From NCBI GenBank assembly GCA_964016885.1, contig OZ024762.1, positions 11,346,001 through 11,410,000 of the forward strand: a stretch of DNA of 64,000 nucleotides, in the 5' to 3' direction. The translations under genes were made by a program, and so were the position numbers. Source of the stretch: Eledone cirrhosa (Eukaryota). Of the stretch, positions 29,113-54,145 are shown one piece after another (within the stretch, counting starts at the first letter, position 1; the number at the start of each line of letters is the position of its first letter). The notes beneath the pieces are model-generated. The model saw only the letters and a program-made list of their open reading frames with translations. It was not told the origin of the DNA and did no database searches.

Positions 29113-29175
<63 letters not shown>

Positions 29176-29194
29176 AATATATATATATATAAAT

Positions 29195-29257
<63 letters not shown>

Positions 29258-29281
29258 AATATATATAAATATATATATATA

Positions 29282-29359
<78 letters not shown>

Positions 29360-29379
29360 AATATATATATATAAATATA

Positions 29380-29435
<56 letters not shown>

Positions 29436-30076
29436 AATATATATATAAATAAATATAAATATATATAAATATATATATAAATAAATATATATATAAATAA
29501 ATATATATATAAATAAATATATATATAAATATATATATATATAAATAAATATATATATAAATATATATATAAATATATATATATAAATATATATATAAAT
29601 ATATATATATAAATATATATATAAATATATATATATAAATATATATATAAATATATATATAAATATATATATAAATATATATATATATAAATATATATAT
29701 ATAAATATTATAAATATATATATATAAATATATAAATATAAATATATATATATAAATATATATATATAAATATATAAATATATATATATATATAAATATA
29801 TATATATAAATATATATATATAAATATATATATATAAATATATATATATAAATATATATATATAAATATATATATAAATATATATATATAAATATATATA
29901 TATAAATATATATATATATAAATATATATATATAAATATATATATAAATATATATATAAATATATATATAAATATATATATGTATTTATATATAAATATA
30001 TATAAATATATATAAATATATATATATATATATACGATATATTAACAAATGGAAACTATATTTATAAAACCATATT

Positions 30077-30141
30077 TATTTCATTATACATATTTCAAGG
30101 ACACCAAGTTAAATTATGGTGTGCTTTCATCAGATAAAATA
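30077..30141 (-). ncRNA. Minimal hammerhead motif (H4)
   Basis: tattttat-CTGATGA-aagcacacca...tggtgtcctt-GAAA-tatgta-TA-atgaaata. Confidence 0.7.
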
Positions 30142-30371
30142 TAATATATATATATATATATAAATGAACAATGAGTATTTTAAAATTTATTTTATTCTGA
30201 GTTAAGGCTCTATTGATTTTTCCGTGGATTTCACTAAATTCTGTATATGAATCTATATCCTGATTCTTTTCCCACATCTTACGTTAACTATTTTTCCATT
30301 TTGACGCTATAGTCACTTATATATTATGGAATACTGTTGGCTTCTTGCTCACAATAATTTCTATACTTTTC

Positions 30372-30419
<48 letters not shown>

Positions 30420-30549
30420 GTGAGGTTTTTTTCACAAAATGAAAAATAACCGAGGTGTCCTACACGAGTGAAAGTATAAAGAAAAAAAGATGAAATCGAA
30501 AATGCAACTGGAGTCTTATTTTTAAAAATATATATATATTTATTTGCTT

Positions 30550-30588
30550 CCTTTACCGGTTTCGCAGTTCTTCTGCTTTTCAAAATTA
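30550..30588 (-). ncRNA. Hammerhead variant with U3-A8 core (H8); other copies 51934-51972(-) and 25315-25349(-)
   Basis: tt-TTGAAAA-gcag aagaa ctgc-GAAA-ccgg-TA-aagg, at the same position within a ~190-bp repeat (30413-30605, 51804-51990, 25188-25350). Confidence 0.55.
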
Positions 30589-31406
30589 GAGTTGAGATGG
30601 AGGATCTATATATATACATATATATAGTTATTATTATAAGACGTGTAAAGCCATACGGAAGCTTTAGCAGACGATGGTGAAATTGGTGAAATGTGAACCA
30701 TTGATTCCTTGTAAACATTAACAGAAAGCCAGCAATTTCAAGGAAGGAGAAAGTCGATTATATCGACCCCCATGACACTTTATTTTATGCTTCATAACTT
30801 AACATTTCCTCGCCATAGATTGCTTCAATTCAATAACGGTGAGACGCTTATAAGGTTTATTTTAAAGTATTTCACTGGCATCTTTCCTTTGATCCATTCT
30901 GAGCCTTATTTGATATATATATATATATAAGGTCCCGATAAAGTACTCAATACGTTAGTAGGGTAAAGGTATATTGATTTTATTATAGAAATGACTTCTA
31001 CAGGTCTTTCCTGGTGATTTCTTAAAAATGAAAGTGTTCTAGTCCTGTAGAAGTTATTTCTACAACAAACTGAACCTATATATATATATATATATTTTAT
31101 ATATACGTAGGTCCCGGGTTGAGTCGGGGATAACCACAGTAAGTAAGGTACTCAATACATGGCAGAGTAAAATATATTTATTGTATAGAAGGAGCTTCCT
31201 GAAGATTTCATCTGAATGAAACAGTTCTAGTCCTGTAGAAGCTCCTTCTATACAATAAATATATTTTATATATATAGATTTACATATATATTTTATACAT
31301 ATATATATAATTAGGAAGTGAACAACACAAAATGTTGTGTTGTTCACTTTCTAATTAAATAGCTCTGTTTTATACATAGAGCACTCTTTATTCCTTCGGA
31401 ATTACC

Positions 31407-31457
<51 letters not shown>

Positions 31458-31495
31458 ATATATAAGATCAAAAGATGGTTAAATGAGTTCCATGT

Positions 31496-31564
31496 ATTTT
31501 ATTATGTGCATTTCAAAAACAAATATCATCATGCAATAACGTTTGTGTTTTCATCAGATAAAAT
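31496..31564 (-). ncRNA. Minimal hammerhead motif (H5, inverted copy)
   Basis: Reverse complement of 31648-31716 with two CpG-type differences. Confidence 0.72.
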
Positions 31565-31647
31565 AGGAGGACATGATATGAAGGTTAAAAACACTTGTGG
31601 ATAGTGCAGTTTTAAATCAACATATGAAAAGTAGTTTTCATATGTTG

Positions 31648-31716
31648 ATTTTATCTGATGAAAACACAAATGTTATTGCATGATGATATTTGTTTTTGAA
31701 ATGCGCATAATAAAAT
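31648..31716 (+). ncRNA. Minimal hammerhead motif (H5)
   Basis: attttat-CTGATGA-aaacacaaatgttattgcatgatgatatttgttttt-GAAA-tgcgca-TA-ataaaat. Palindromic ATGCGCAT stem III. Confidence 0.75.
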
Positions 31717-32027
31717 AAATGGAACTCATTTAACCATCTTTTGATCTTATATATTATGTATACTCCAGTCCTACAAACTGTAGAGTGCTTCTTATCCGAT
31801 ATCTGCATTGCTTTATTGTACTACAATAAAACTCACCTCCTACATGAGATATATATAGATAATGTGGTATCAGTGTATCGTTAAAAATGTCCCCAGTTTT
31901 GTGACTAATGCTGTGTTGTATAAGCAACAAATCTGTTCAAGTGCAACTATTCACCTCATTCCATATCATTACATACAAGCTATAATTCTTTCTCTCAGAC
32001 TTTTATCGATTGAAAAAATTCATCAGG

Positions 32028-34790
<2,763 letters not shown>

Positions 34791-34795
34791 TAAGT

Positions 34796-35069
34796 AAGTG
34801 CCATACTAAGAGTGAGAAATGAAATTTCGTTTTCATTTTGTTTCAATTTATCGTTTTCGGTATGCCTGACCGATTTAACTCACTCAATATGCAAATTAGG
34901 CTGCTCAGCGTTAATTTTCATAAGGAAAGTATATACTTTCGAACGTTCAACTATCTGGCAGATGGGTAAACGGTGCTGATGATAGCTAACAAGCTTGAAA
35001 CTAGTACATCGTTCCTGTGTCAGTGTTGAACAAAAAGGTGACGTGGTTGCCTTAACACCGTATGGCATA
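34796..35069. mobile_element. Putative DNA-transposon MITE (Kolobok-like termini?)
   Basis: Short inverted termini tgccatac / gtatggca. The first ~55 bp recur at 27603-27658. TSD unclear. Confidence 0.4.
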
Positions 35070-35129
35070 ATTCAGGCTGTTCAGTTTGTTTACAAACGAA
35101 CAAAGCGACGTTAGCGCCGCTAAACTGAT

Positions 35130-43390
<8,261 letters not shown>

Positions 43391-43708
43391 TATGGTGTTA
43401 CTAGGAAATATATTAGAATTAACAAAGTAGAGATAACAAGGACAGTGAAGTTATAGATGGTGATCGGTGAAGGGACGAGTCTACTAATTAACTTTATTAA
43501 CGGTTAATAAAACTATTAGTGGTTAAAATATTTAACTGGAAGGGAGGGAAAAAGTGGTAAAAGACGGGGGATAATATAATTTTAATCAAATTATATTAAA
43601 ATAACTTCGAATGATTTGTCCGATTTACAGATAAATGTTTACAGAAAAGGCAAAGGGCAGGATTAAAATGAGTCTCGTTTTCTCGCAAACTCTGTTCAAT
43701 TCACTTAC

Positions 43709-43849
43709 CTTCAAAGCATATCTTTTACATGTTTTAAGGTGGTAACATTCCAAAACCTTCCCGTTAATTCCTAAACCAAGAACTTTGTCAGTGATCTTAT
43801 AGTTATCGTTGATATTTTCATCAAAGTGTGTACTTGTGAAGCGAGCCAT
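43709..43849 (-). CDS. MAPKAPK2: MAP kinase-activated protein kinase 2 (MK2/MK3 family), coding exon 1
   Basis: Translates MARFTSTHFDENINDNYKITDKVLGLGINGKVLECYHLKTCKRYALK, with the MK2-diagnostic Gly loop VLGLGINGKV and catalytic ALK. ATG is in aacATGG context. Ends at a phase-0 donor AAG|GTAAGT (GT at 43708-43707). Confidence 0.93.
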
Positions 43850-44399
43850 GTTCCGTATGCATGTGTGTGTGTGTATATGTATATATTATATTATATATAT
43901 ATATATTATATATGTGGGTGTTATATATATATATTATATTATATATATATATATATATATAGTTATATTATATAGAAAATATTATATAGAAAGCGAGAGA
44001 TATATAGATATATAGATATATATGTATATGTAAGATTTCACCAGTCGATGCAACACTTGAAGAGAGACAGAGGGACAAACGAAGTCAGAGGGGGGAGAAA
44101 GAGAGAGCGGGAGTAAAGAAAAAGAGGGCCAAAGAAAGGGAAGGGGTACAGAAAAAGAGAGGTAGGAATGAAGAAGGAAAGTAAATGAAAAAAAGGGGCC
44201 AGAGAAAATGAGGTAGAGGGTACAGAGACAGATAGACAGAGAGTTAGATAGGGACTCAAATAAATTAGGAGGGGCGTGTGGTTTACTTGTGAGGAAAGTG
44301 GAGGGATGAAAAAACGATAGAAACGGAGAGAATCAGAAAACAATGGAGGTATCTCCAAAATTTGGTACAATTCTAAGGAAAATGGAAACCAGTAACAGA

Positions 44400-44900
44400 T
44401 GTATATGTTATTTACGAAGAGAACAAGTGTGTGTGGTCCAAATATAACTGAAAATAATGTATTAGGTTTTGTTGTTGATGGTAGAGGTAGTTCCCGATCT
44501 ACTGTAGAGCGAGTGCTTCTTCGGTAAAAGCTCCTCGGACCACTAACAGAGTATATACGTCTCTAAGCTATATTAGTGTAGTGTAAAGTGGTAGTTATTT
44601 TGTGTATATGAGAGCGGAAGAGAAGAAATATAAATAGAACTATGAAATTATTGCTTGTTTTGTATTCGTCACTCCTCACCCAAACCTCTTAAATTTTATC
44701 TTTTTAATTTTATGTCAAGTCACCTTTATTAATCTAGATAAGATTCTATCTTATTGGTTGTGTAGTGTAGTGTAGCCTACATTAGTCGAGGTTTGAATGA
44801 CTTCATATTGTTACAATTTCAAACCAGCCAATAATTATATAACGCATAATGGAAAGTGAAATGAAATTTTTATTAAATTTAGTTTGACCTCTACAAATAA
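44400..44900. promoter_or_regulatory. Candidate promoter/5' region of the MK2-like gene
   Basis: Non-repetitive stretch 0.55-1 kb upstream of the ATG, retaining several CpGs. Contains two oppositely oriented CCAAT boxes (ATTGG 44753-44757, CCAAT 44828-44832). TSS not determinable. Confidence 0.35.
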
Positions 44901-45071
44901 AGTCATTTATTTTATTTGAAAAATTATGAAGATTTTAAGGTTTTTTTTTGTTGTTTTTGTTTTTCTTTTAATTATTTCAATAAGGTTCTATATTCGAATG
45001 AAAATATAATGCCAACACACACACATATATGTATGTATGTATGTATGTATATATATATATATATATATATA

Positions 45072-45560
45072 TGGCAAAGGGCAAAGGAGCTCTTAAGAGT
45101 CAATGGCCATCCAAAATCACCGGGAGAGATGACCCCTTTAGCCTTAGTCAAGGCAGAATTCTAGGAGAAGGAAAACTCTGATATAACACCTGCAACCCTG
45201 ATGGTATCCAATGATGTTGACTTGTTCTTCTTTTTGGTAAATAGCATCTTGGTTAAGAGAGTGGGACTGGCTTTGTGCAGTGCCTTTGCTCACTATAAAA
45301 GCTTCACGGCACAGGCATTGCTTTATATCTGGAGATCTCTCTGCACTTGTCCTCACATGGGCCCAGCACTATGTGTCAATGATTGTCCTACCATGGGCCT
45401 AGCACTATGTGTCAATGATTGTCACAGGTGTAGTGTTTGTAACAGAGGTTTCAAGTCGCTGGCTGGACTAAAAAGTCACCTCGTTCAGCGCTTCGGTAGG
45501 GGTTATCCTACATGGATGTAAAGTAGTGGCCGTACTCGAAAACGAGTTGGCAGCCACCAT
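45072..45560 (+). mobile_element. RTE/BovB-type remnant ending in a C2H2 finger
   Basis: CSVCNRGFKSLAGLKSH near 45429-45480 then a short 3' UTR into (TA)n. Upstream ctaggagaaggaaaactctga resembles RTE 5' regions (from memory). Confidence 0.5.
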
Positions 45561-45794
45561 ATATATATATATATAAGATATATATATATATATATATATA
45601 TATAAGATATATATATTGTGTGTCTATAACCTATGAAAGCATGCTTTCATAGGTTATAGATTCCATACACTGGTGATTTTTTCCCTGTTTTATTGATAGC
45701 GCACTATCTCTCTCTAGTGTGTTACCTTTTCAATATATAAAGATATATATATTTATATATATATATATAAAGATATATATATGTATATGTATAT

Positions 45795-45850
<56 letters not shown>

Positions 45851-46698
45851 ATGTATATATATATATATATATATATTTAAATATATATAAAGATGTATAT
45901 ATATATATGTATATATCTGGATGCCCTTCCTAATGCCAACCACATTTACAGTGTGGACTTGGTGCTTTTTATTGACACCTACATGATCACTTTACAGCAT
46001 GTCCTGGGTGCTTTTTGTCGTGACAGCTACACAACCACTTTACAGTGTGGACTGGATATATTTTTTTTTTTCACGGTGTAAGGATGCTGTGCTCAGCAGT
46101 GGGTGGGTGGGTGGGCATTTAGTGGTTAAGAAATGCCTGCTAGATATATGTTTGAGTCTGTGCTCATGGGAAGGCACACCTGTTTATATATATACCCAGT
46201 CTGATATCTTCCCATACACATTGCTGGGAGCTGGAGACCAAGAGCAATTGCATCAATGCTCAACTATATGATGCTGTATGACCATGATTCCGATCAGCAA
46301 AGATAGAACAATGGTGTTCCCTCCTGAATCCTCATCCAACCATTACTTGGCTACCAAGCAAGAATTCATCAGTCTTCATCACAGGGATGAAACCATTGGT
46401 CACTTGAAAGGTTGTCGTTAGAGCAACTAAGAAGTACCATCTACCTTGGTTTTGACAAATCTGAATGACCGTCCTCCTCGACAAACTACCAAACCAAGGC
46501 TAGTAAACTCTGTCTACCTGTTTTTTTTTTATGCCCTTTTGGGTGGCCATTGGGTCGAGTAACTCCCTGGAGTTCCTCCACCCTTTCATGGGTTTTGTTT
46601 GTTTTCCAACCAGTCAGGTGTCCAATAACTGCCCTCCTCACCATGCAAGCTTGGTGAGGTTGCCCCTTTTGTTGTTGACAGTTTATACTGGGTTATAT

Positions 46699-46738
<40 letters not shown>

Positions 46739-48299
46739 TGTGTGTGTGTGAACTGCAGTTCTGTTCACATGCCAACACAAGAGCAAGAATGAAGGGTTCA
46801 TTCTACTGACATGGCTATAAAATTGAGGTTTGTTTGCATAATTGCAAACGAATTGAATGTTATTATTACCGCCGAGGTTAACTTTGCCTTTCATCCTTTC
46901 GGGGTCGATAAAATAAAGTACCAGTAATACACTGGGTAATTGCTGGCCTTGTGCCAAAAGTAGAAACAATTATTAATATTCAAAAAACTCAGTTTACATT
47001 TATTATATATATATACACATACATACTAATATAGATACATATATATATATATATACATATATATACATATATATATATACATATATATATATACTCACAC
47101 ACACACATATATATATATATATAACTGAACTCTAAGCTAACACAAAACCCATTAATTATATACAAGAGTGCCATCTTAAGCAAGTGACATTTATCACAAC
47201 TCCATGTCTGTGGAATGCTCAGTCACTTACACGTTAATTTCACGAATAGATTGTTTAATTCAACTGCCATTACTCATCGACGAGACCGACGGATGCCCAT
47301 TCCACTGCCACTGTTAGTTAAGTTGAAGGTGACATAATCTCATAAACGAGTTTTTACAGTTAGGTAAACGGAGTCATTCGGAGTTACGTACCTTAGTTGT
47401 CTCACATTGTGTAAACAATAAACTACAATTCTTCCACCTTCGTTAAGTTATGTTCCAATCACCAGCTTAATAACGAGAAAGCTAGTTATAGTAATCATAA
47501 TGATAATGATAATAATGGAAATTGTTGTGTACAGTGCTCAGGTGCACTATAACTCATCAAAGGTGCATGTATAATACATAGAATAATGTACAAATGTCGG
47601 GAAAGTGAACAGTGTATGAGTCATGATATAATGAAAATTATTGTGTACTGTGCTCAGGTGCATTCATGCTGGGTCGTTCACGCACATTGACATTGCACAT
47701 CCAACGGAGCATGCTTGTATCATTTCTCTCTAGCCGTCGCATATCCTCTGCAGTTGCTGCCCATGTCTCAGATATAGAGGAATAATCAACTCCAGTACGA
47801 AACTGGTACTTTTTTTTATCAACCTCGAAAGGATGAAAGGCAAAGTTGACTTCAGTGGGATTTGAACTCCAAGAGCAGAGAGACGAAACAAATACCATAA
47901 CACATTCTATCTGACATTCTAACAACTCTGCCAATTTGCTACCTTATTATGATATTATAAATACACATAAATTAAAATTTCTGGTTCTTTCAGGAAATAG
48001 AATGTTTACTGCACCAGTTTCAAATTGAAGGTTTTTCTAAAGAAATTCTTGTTGTTGGTTCCATTAAATCCTGTGATCTAAGCTGAGATAACTAATTAAT
48101 TGGTCTAGAATGAATTCTTTGTTTCCTTGTGCAATCATATGACAGAAATTGTATAGCTCATTTGGCAAAAACTACATTCAGTACAATGAAAATAAATATT
48201 CTGAATGTAATATTAAGTATTAGTCATCAAGAAATTCATTTTACATATATATATGTGTGTGTGTGTGTCTCTGTATACATATATATATATACATATATA

Positions 48300-48340
<41 letters not shown>

Positions 48341-49518
48341 GTGTGTGTGTGTGTATATATATGTATATATATACATATATATGTGTGTGTGTGTATATAT
48401 ATGTATATATATATATACATGTATATATATAATGTATATATATATATACATGTATATATATATAATGTGTATATATATATATATATATACATATTTATAT
48501 ATATATATATATACATATTTATATATATATATATACATATTTACATGTATATATATATATATACATGTATATATATAATGTGTATATATACATATATATG
48601 TATACATATATATATATGTATACATATATATATGTATACATATATATATTTATACATATATATATGTATACATATATACATGTATATATATATATATACA
48701 TATATATATATACATATATATGTATACATATATATATGTATACATATAAATGAGAGGTATAGAGATTGTTTTAGCAAGAAGCTAACGGCATTCTATAACA
48801 TATATGCAACTATAACGTCAAGATGGGAAAAGTAGTTAACGAAAGATTTAGGAAAAATAACTCAAACTCATCTCAAAAGAGAATCAGGATATAAATTCAT
48901 CCACAGAATTTAGTAAAATCCAGGGAAAAATCTATAGACCTTTAACTCATGATAAAATACAGTTTGAAACACTTATCCTTCAATTTGGAATAACATCAAA
49001 TGCTCTGTATAGTCTTAAAAGACTATTTCATGAAAACTTTCAGTGGAGATGGTCACGGTTGGATTTCATTCATCAGCAGAGCTCAACAGAAACCAGGGCT
49101 CTCACAGTAGTATAATCCGAAAAAGGGAATTCTAAAACTGGCTAGTTCGCCTTCATGTGTATTTATGAAAAAGCACATGAGGAAAAAACGGGGCTAGTGA
49201 CGTCAGGATGGAAGTGAATGTTTATTTACAAGAAATAGCAGTCAAATACATTCTGAAAAAAACTCTACAAAGGAGTTCAGCAAAATAGCAATAATTATCA
49301 CAGTTTTTATGAAAAAAACCGGGATTAGTCACAGATAGTTTAAGCACTCTAGGAAAAGAATCCGAGTATGTATATATATATGTATACATATATATATGTA
49401 TATATATATGTATACATATATATATGTATATATATGTATATATATATGTATACATATATATGTATATATATATATACATGTATATATACATATATATACA
49501 TGTATATATATATACATG

Positions 49519-49586
<68 letters not shown>

Positions 49587-49587
<1 letters not shown>

Positions 49588-49713
49588 GCGATGGACGACT
49601 GGCGTCCTGTCCAGGGGGGGGGAGTCTTCTACTCTCAGTCGCTTCACGCCTTGAAACCGGGATAAGCACCGCCCAAATGAGCCTTCTGGCTTAAGACAGA
49701 CTTTAGACTTTAG
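49587..49713 (+). mobile_element. SINE 3' half (V-domain-like motif) ending in (agacttt)n
   Basis: gcgatggac..tggcgtcctgtccagggg motif and short tandem tail; abuts the RTE-b 5' truncation point. Confidence 0.5.
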
Positions 49714-49715
49714 AT

Positions 49716-51651
49716 ATATGAGAGATATGAAGATAGGGAAGGCAACCGGTCCATCGGGTATAGCTGCCGAGATGCTGAAGGCATCTGGGTCTGTAGGTCA
49801 CACTATAACCACACGTATCGTTAACCAGGTAATACTAGAGGGGGCCATACCAAAAGATTGGTGCAGTAGCATCATTGTCAACTGCTACAAAGGTAAAGGC
49901 GATGCACTAGATAGAGGAAACTATAGAGGTATAAAGTTGATGGACCAGGTCATGAAAGTAACAGAAAGAGTTATAGCACAGCTGATTAGGGACCGGGTGA
50001 ATATAGACGAGATGCAATTTGGGTTTGTTCCAGGGAAAGGCACCACTGATGCGCTCTTCCTTGTGAGGCAATTACAGGAAAAGTACCTAGCTAAAAGTAA
50101 GCCACTCTACTTGGCATTTGTCGACCTTGAGAAAGCCTTTGACAGAGTTCCACGTGCAGTAATCTGGTGGGCTCTTAGAAAACTAGGAGTAGATGAATGG
50201 CTTGTGAAAGCGGTACAAGCCATGTATAGGGGAGCAGTCAGCAAAGTTAGGATTGGCAATGAGTATAGCGAGGAATTTAGCGTACAGGTTGGGGTCCACC
50301 AGGGCTCTGTTCTTAGCCCTCTCCTGTTCATCATAGTCCTGCAGGCAATAACGGAGGAGTTTAAGACCGGATGCCCATGGGAACTCCTGTATGCTGATGA
50401 CCTCGCACTCATAGCTGAATCTATGGTAGAACTAGAGAATAAATTCCAAACCTGGAAGCAGGGACTAGAGAGAAAGGGCCTCAAAGTCAACATGACAAAG
50501 ACTAAGGTCCTTATAAGTAGACGAGAAAACAGAACCCAGATCCCCTCAGGGAAATGGCCTTGCTCAGTATGTAGGAAAGGTGTGGGTAGGAACTCCATTC
50601 TTTGCCCCAAATGCAAACAATGGGTACACAAGAGATGTAGCGGGATCTCAGGAAGCTTAATTAAGAATGTAGGATTCACATGCAGCAGCTGTGCTGAAAC
50701 AGCAAGCAAACAGCCACAGGAAACAAGTACCACCAATCTCTGGGAGGGCCCTGTAGAAACAGTAGACAGCTTCTGCTACCTAGGTGACCGAATTAGCAAC
50801 GGAGGTGGGTGCTCAGAAAGTACAATAACTAGGGTAAGAACGGGATGGAAGAAGTTTAGGGAACTACTACCACTGCTAGCTGCAAAAGGCTTCTCCCTCA
50901 GAATGAAAGGCAGACTGTATGATGCGTGTATCCGAACAGCGATGTTGCATGGTAGTGAGACCTGGGCACTGAAGGTGGAAGACTTACGTAGATTAGAGAG
51001 AAACGAAGCCTGCATGCTCCGATGGATGTGTAACAGTAATATACGTGAACGACAAAGCATAAATGAATTGAGAGAGAGACTGAGCATAAGAGGAATCAAA
51101 TGCTGCGTGCAGGAGAGGCGGTTACGCTGGTATGGACATGTGATGCGTATGAAGGATGACAGCTGCATAAAAAGGTGCAGAGCACTAGAAGTTGATGGAA
51201 ACCGCGGAGTGGGGAGACCCAAGATGACTTGGGATGAGGTGATAAAAGCCGACCTTACCCAACTACACCTCTCAAAGTCAATGACACACGACCGTGACTT
51301 CTGGCGTCACGCAGTAATACAGGGTACCCGACCTCCCATGGGTACATGCTGAAGCATATAAACAATATGCCCCCCCCCCCCCCCACCGCAAGGTGGTCGT
51401 GGAGGTGCCACGGCAAAAAAGCACCCAGCCCACACTGTAAAGTGGACGTGTAGGCGCCACGAAAAAGCACCCAGCACTCACTGTAAATGAGGTTGGTGTT
51501 AGGAAGGGCATCCAGCTGTAGAAATCAAGCCAGATCAGTTCCTGTATGAGCAAGGCATGGTCAGCCGACCAGACACTGCCCACAACAGGACAACCCGTCT
51601 AACCCATGCTAGCGTGGAAGAACGGACGTAAAACGGTGATGATGATGATGA

Positions 51652-51655
<4 letters not shown>
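49716..51655 (+). mobile_element. RTE-clade retrotransposon, 5'-truncated (sister family RTE-b)
   Basis: ORF 49718-51352 has the same RT motifs and Cys finger but many synonymous differences from RTE-a. Different 3' UTR; (GAT)n tail. Confidence 0.95.
49718..51352 (+). CDS. RTE ORF2 remnant: reverse transcriptase + PHD-like finger
   Basis: 544-aa open frame with LLYADDL and CSVC...CPKC...H..C...CSSC. Confidence 0.88.
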   Translation: MRDMKIGKATGPSGIAAEMLKASGSVGHTITTRIVNQVILEGAIPKDWCSSIIVNCYKGKGDALDRGNYRGIKLMDQVMKVTERVIAQLIRDRVNIDEMQFGFVPGKGTTDALFLVRQLQEKYLAKSKPLYLAFVDLEKAFDRVPRAVIWWALRKLGVDEWLVKAVQAMYRGAVSKVRIGNEYSEEFSVQVGVHQGSVLSPLLFIIVLQAITEEFKTGCPWELLYADDLALIAESMVELENKFQTWKQGLERKGLKVNMTKTKVLISRRENRTQIPSGKWPCSVCRKGVGRNSILCPKCKQWVHKRCSGISGSLIKNVGFTCSSCAETASKQPQETSTTNLWEGPVETVDSFCYLGDRISNGGGCSESTITRVRTGWKKFRELLPLLAAKGFSLRMKGRLYDACIRTAMLHGSETWALKVEDLRRLERNEACMLRWMCNSNIRERQSINELRERLSIRGIKCCVQERRLRWYGHVMRMKDDSCIKRCRALEVDGNRGVGRPKMTWDEVIKADLTQLHLSKSMTHDRDFWRHAVIQGTRPPMGTC

Positions 51656-51702
<47 letters not shown>

Positions 51703-52003
51703 CATATATATATATACAGAATTAGCCGTCGAAACGGCTTGAGCTCAGCCGTCGGGGTCTTACTTGTTCCTATATATATACATATATATATACATATATA
51801 TATATTAGAAAGTGAGGTTTTTTTACAAAATGAAAAAAAAACAAGGTGTCCTACACAAGTGAAAGTATAAGAAAAAAAGATGAAATCGAAAATGCAACTG
51901 GAGTCTTCTTTTTTTTAAATATATTTATTTGGTCCCTTTACCAGTTTCGCAGTTCTTGTGCTTTTCAAAAGTAGAGTTGAGATGGAGGGTTTCTGGTTTT
52001 TCT

Positions 52004-52035
<32 letters not shown>

Positions 52036-52325
52036 CCTCCCAGTCCCACACTGTAAATGTGGTTGGTGTTAGGAAGGGTATCCAGCTGTAGAAAACCCGC
52101 CAGACAGTCCACGCTGTAATGTGGTCGTGTAGGCAACACGGTAAAAACCTCCCAGCCCCACACTGTAAATGTGGTTGGTGTTAGGAAGGGCATCCAGCTG
52201 TAGAAAACCCGCCAGACAGTCCTATGCGAGCAAGACAACCACTCTTGCCTCAAGTGGGAAAACTCCCGTCCAAACCCATGCAAGCGTGGAACATGGACGT
52301 TAAACGATGATGATGATGATGATGA
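52036..52325 (+). mobile_element. RTE-a 3' UTR fragment
   Basis: Near-identical to ~28259-28545; (GAT)n tail. Confidence 0.85.
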
Positions 52326-52477
52326 GGATACATGTATATAAGTAGTCTAGCCATAGAAACCAAGCCAGCAACAGTTCTGTATGAGCAAGACATAGTCATC
52401 TGATCTGACTTGTCTCACAATGGGACAACTTGTCTAACCCATGCTAGTGTGGAAAAAAATGGACGTTAAACAGTGTT

Positions 52478-52853
52478 GATAACCCTGAGCACCTTTTAGA
52501 ATTCCATGTGTCTAACACCCGTGGACATACCTAAAATCAGAAAACAGCACAGCTCCCATAACTTTTGGAAACATTTTTTCATGCTCAGAGTTGCTGAATC
52601 ATGGAACAAACTCCCTACATCAGTTGTTAGCTGTCGAGACACTGCATCCTTTAAAACCTCCATGCTTCCTGAAATTCGCTAACACTGCACCTGATATTTC
52701 CCCTACATAGACACACATGCATGTATCTATGTGTATATCATGACTTATGCACTGTTCACTTTACTGATATTTGTACATTATTCTATGTACTATACATGCA
52801 CCTTTGATGAGTTGTAGTGCACCTGAGCACTGTACACAATAATTTCATTATCA
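52478..52853 (+). mobile_element. CR1 LINE 3' end (same family as 56165; further tails at ~47500-47665 and ~58503-58720 on the minus strand)
   Basis: Direct nucleotide similarity to 56205-56720. Confidence 0.8.
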
Positions 52854-52855
52854 TT

Positions 52856-53040
52856 TGGCAGTATCGCTAGAGCGTTGGACACCATGCTTTGACGCATAGA
52901 GTTACGGCACTTGCCATTCTGAGTTCAAATCCCAGTGAGGTTAACTTTGCCTTTCATCCTTACGGGGGTCGATAAAATAAAGTACCAGTAATGCACTGGG
53001 TAATTGCTGGCCTTGTGCCAAAAGTAGAAACAATTATTAT
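52856..53040 (+). mobile_element. SINE family A
   Basis: Full consensus match. Confidence 0.85.
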
Positions 53041-53387
53041 CATGATGTTTGTGTGGAGGCTAAATAAAGTCAATAACAGCACTGATTTCTAATTTTGGCA
53101 CCAGGCCAGTGATCGGGGGCGGGTTAAATTTTTCCTCAATACATGACTGGTACTTTATTTTATCAAACCCCGGAAATATGAAATACAGCACTGACATCAA
53201 CAGGTAATGAGCTGGAACAAACACTGCAAAGAATTTTGTCCGATGCTCTACCGATTTCACTGATCCAAGGTCTAGCCTGATATTACAGGTGAGGTGTATG
53301 GAATTGACACCTGTCTTCCTGTTAACATAATTACTGTTTTGTTTGCTTTTCACCTGATATTTCAGGCAGACACAAGATAGCACAATA

Positions 53388-53753
53388 GTGGTGGTGGTGT
53401 TGTTCATGGTGATGGTGGTGGTGGTGTTCATGGTGATGATGGTGGTGGTGGTGGTGTTCATGGTGATGGTGGTGGTGTTGTTCATGGTGATGGTGGTGGT
53501 GGTGTTCATGGTGATGATGATGGTGGTGGTGGTGTTCATGGTGATGGTGGTGGTGGTGTTCATGGTGATGGTGGTGGTGGTGGTGTTCATGGTGATGGTG
53601 GTGGTGGTGTTCATGGTGATGATGGTGGTGGTGGTGGTGTTCATGGTGATGGTGGTGGTGTTGTTCATGGTGATGGTGGTGGTGGTGTTCATGGTGATGA
53701 TGGAGGTGGTGGTGTTCATGGTGATGGTGGTGGTGGTTTTGTTCATGGTGGTC

Positions 53754-53785
<32 letters not shown>

Positions 53786-54145
53786 GGTGGTGATGGTGTT
53801 GAGGAAGAGAAACCCTGAAAACTACCTGATAGACGGCTCCTTTGTTTTGGGATAGAACCACTAACACCACCACCACTACTACCATTAACACCATTAACCA
53901 CCCCCTCCGTCACTAACACTAACACCACCACCACTACTACCATTAACCCCCCCTCCCCGTCACTAACACTAACACCACCACCATCACTACAACCACCACT
54001 AACACCATTAAACCCCCCCCCCCCGTCACTACCACCGCCACTAACACCACCACTAACATGGCCACCACCATCACTACAACCACCACTAACACCGCCACTA
54101 CCACCACTAACACCATTAAAACCCATCACTATACCACCGCCGCCA
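53388..54145. repeat. (GGT/GAT)n-derived 24-30-bp minisatellite followed by a (CAC/TAAC)-rich tract
   Basis: ttcatggtgatggtggtggtggtg repeated. Confidence 0.9.

Noticed and set aside
43625-43708. ORF-track extension VSELNRVCEK... of the kinase
   Set aside because: Read-through into the intron past a consensus GTAAGT donor; kinase similarity resumes at exon 765-626.
53289-53365. Apparent 77-nt GT-AG intron on the plus strand
   Set aside because: Flanks are a SINE and a microsatellite with no recognisable coding frame.
53331-53894. Poly-His/Glu ORF suggesting a metal-binding protein
   Set aside because: Trinucleotide-derived minisatellite open in several frames (poly-T/M/N, poly-V/M); no signal peptide or supported splice structure.
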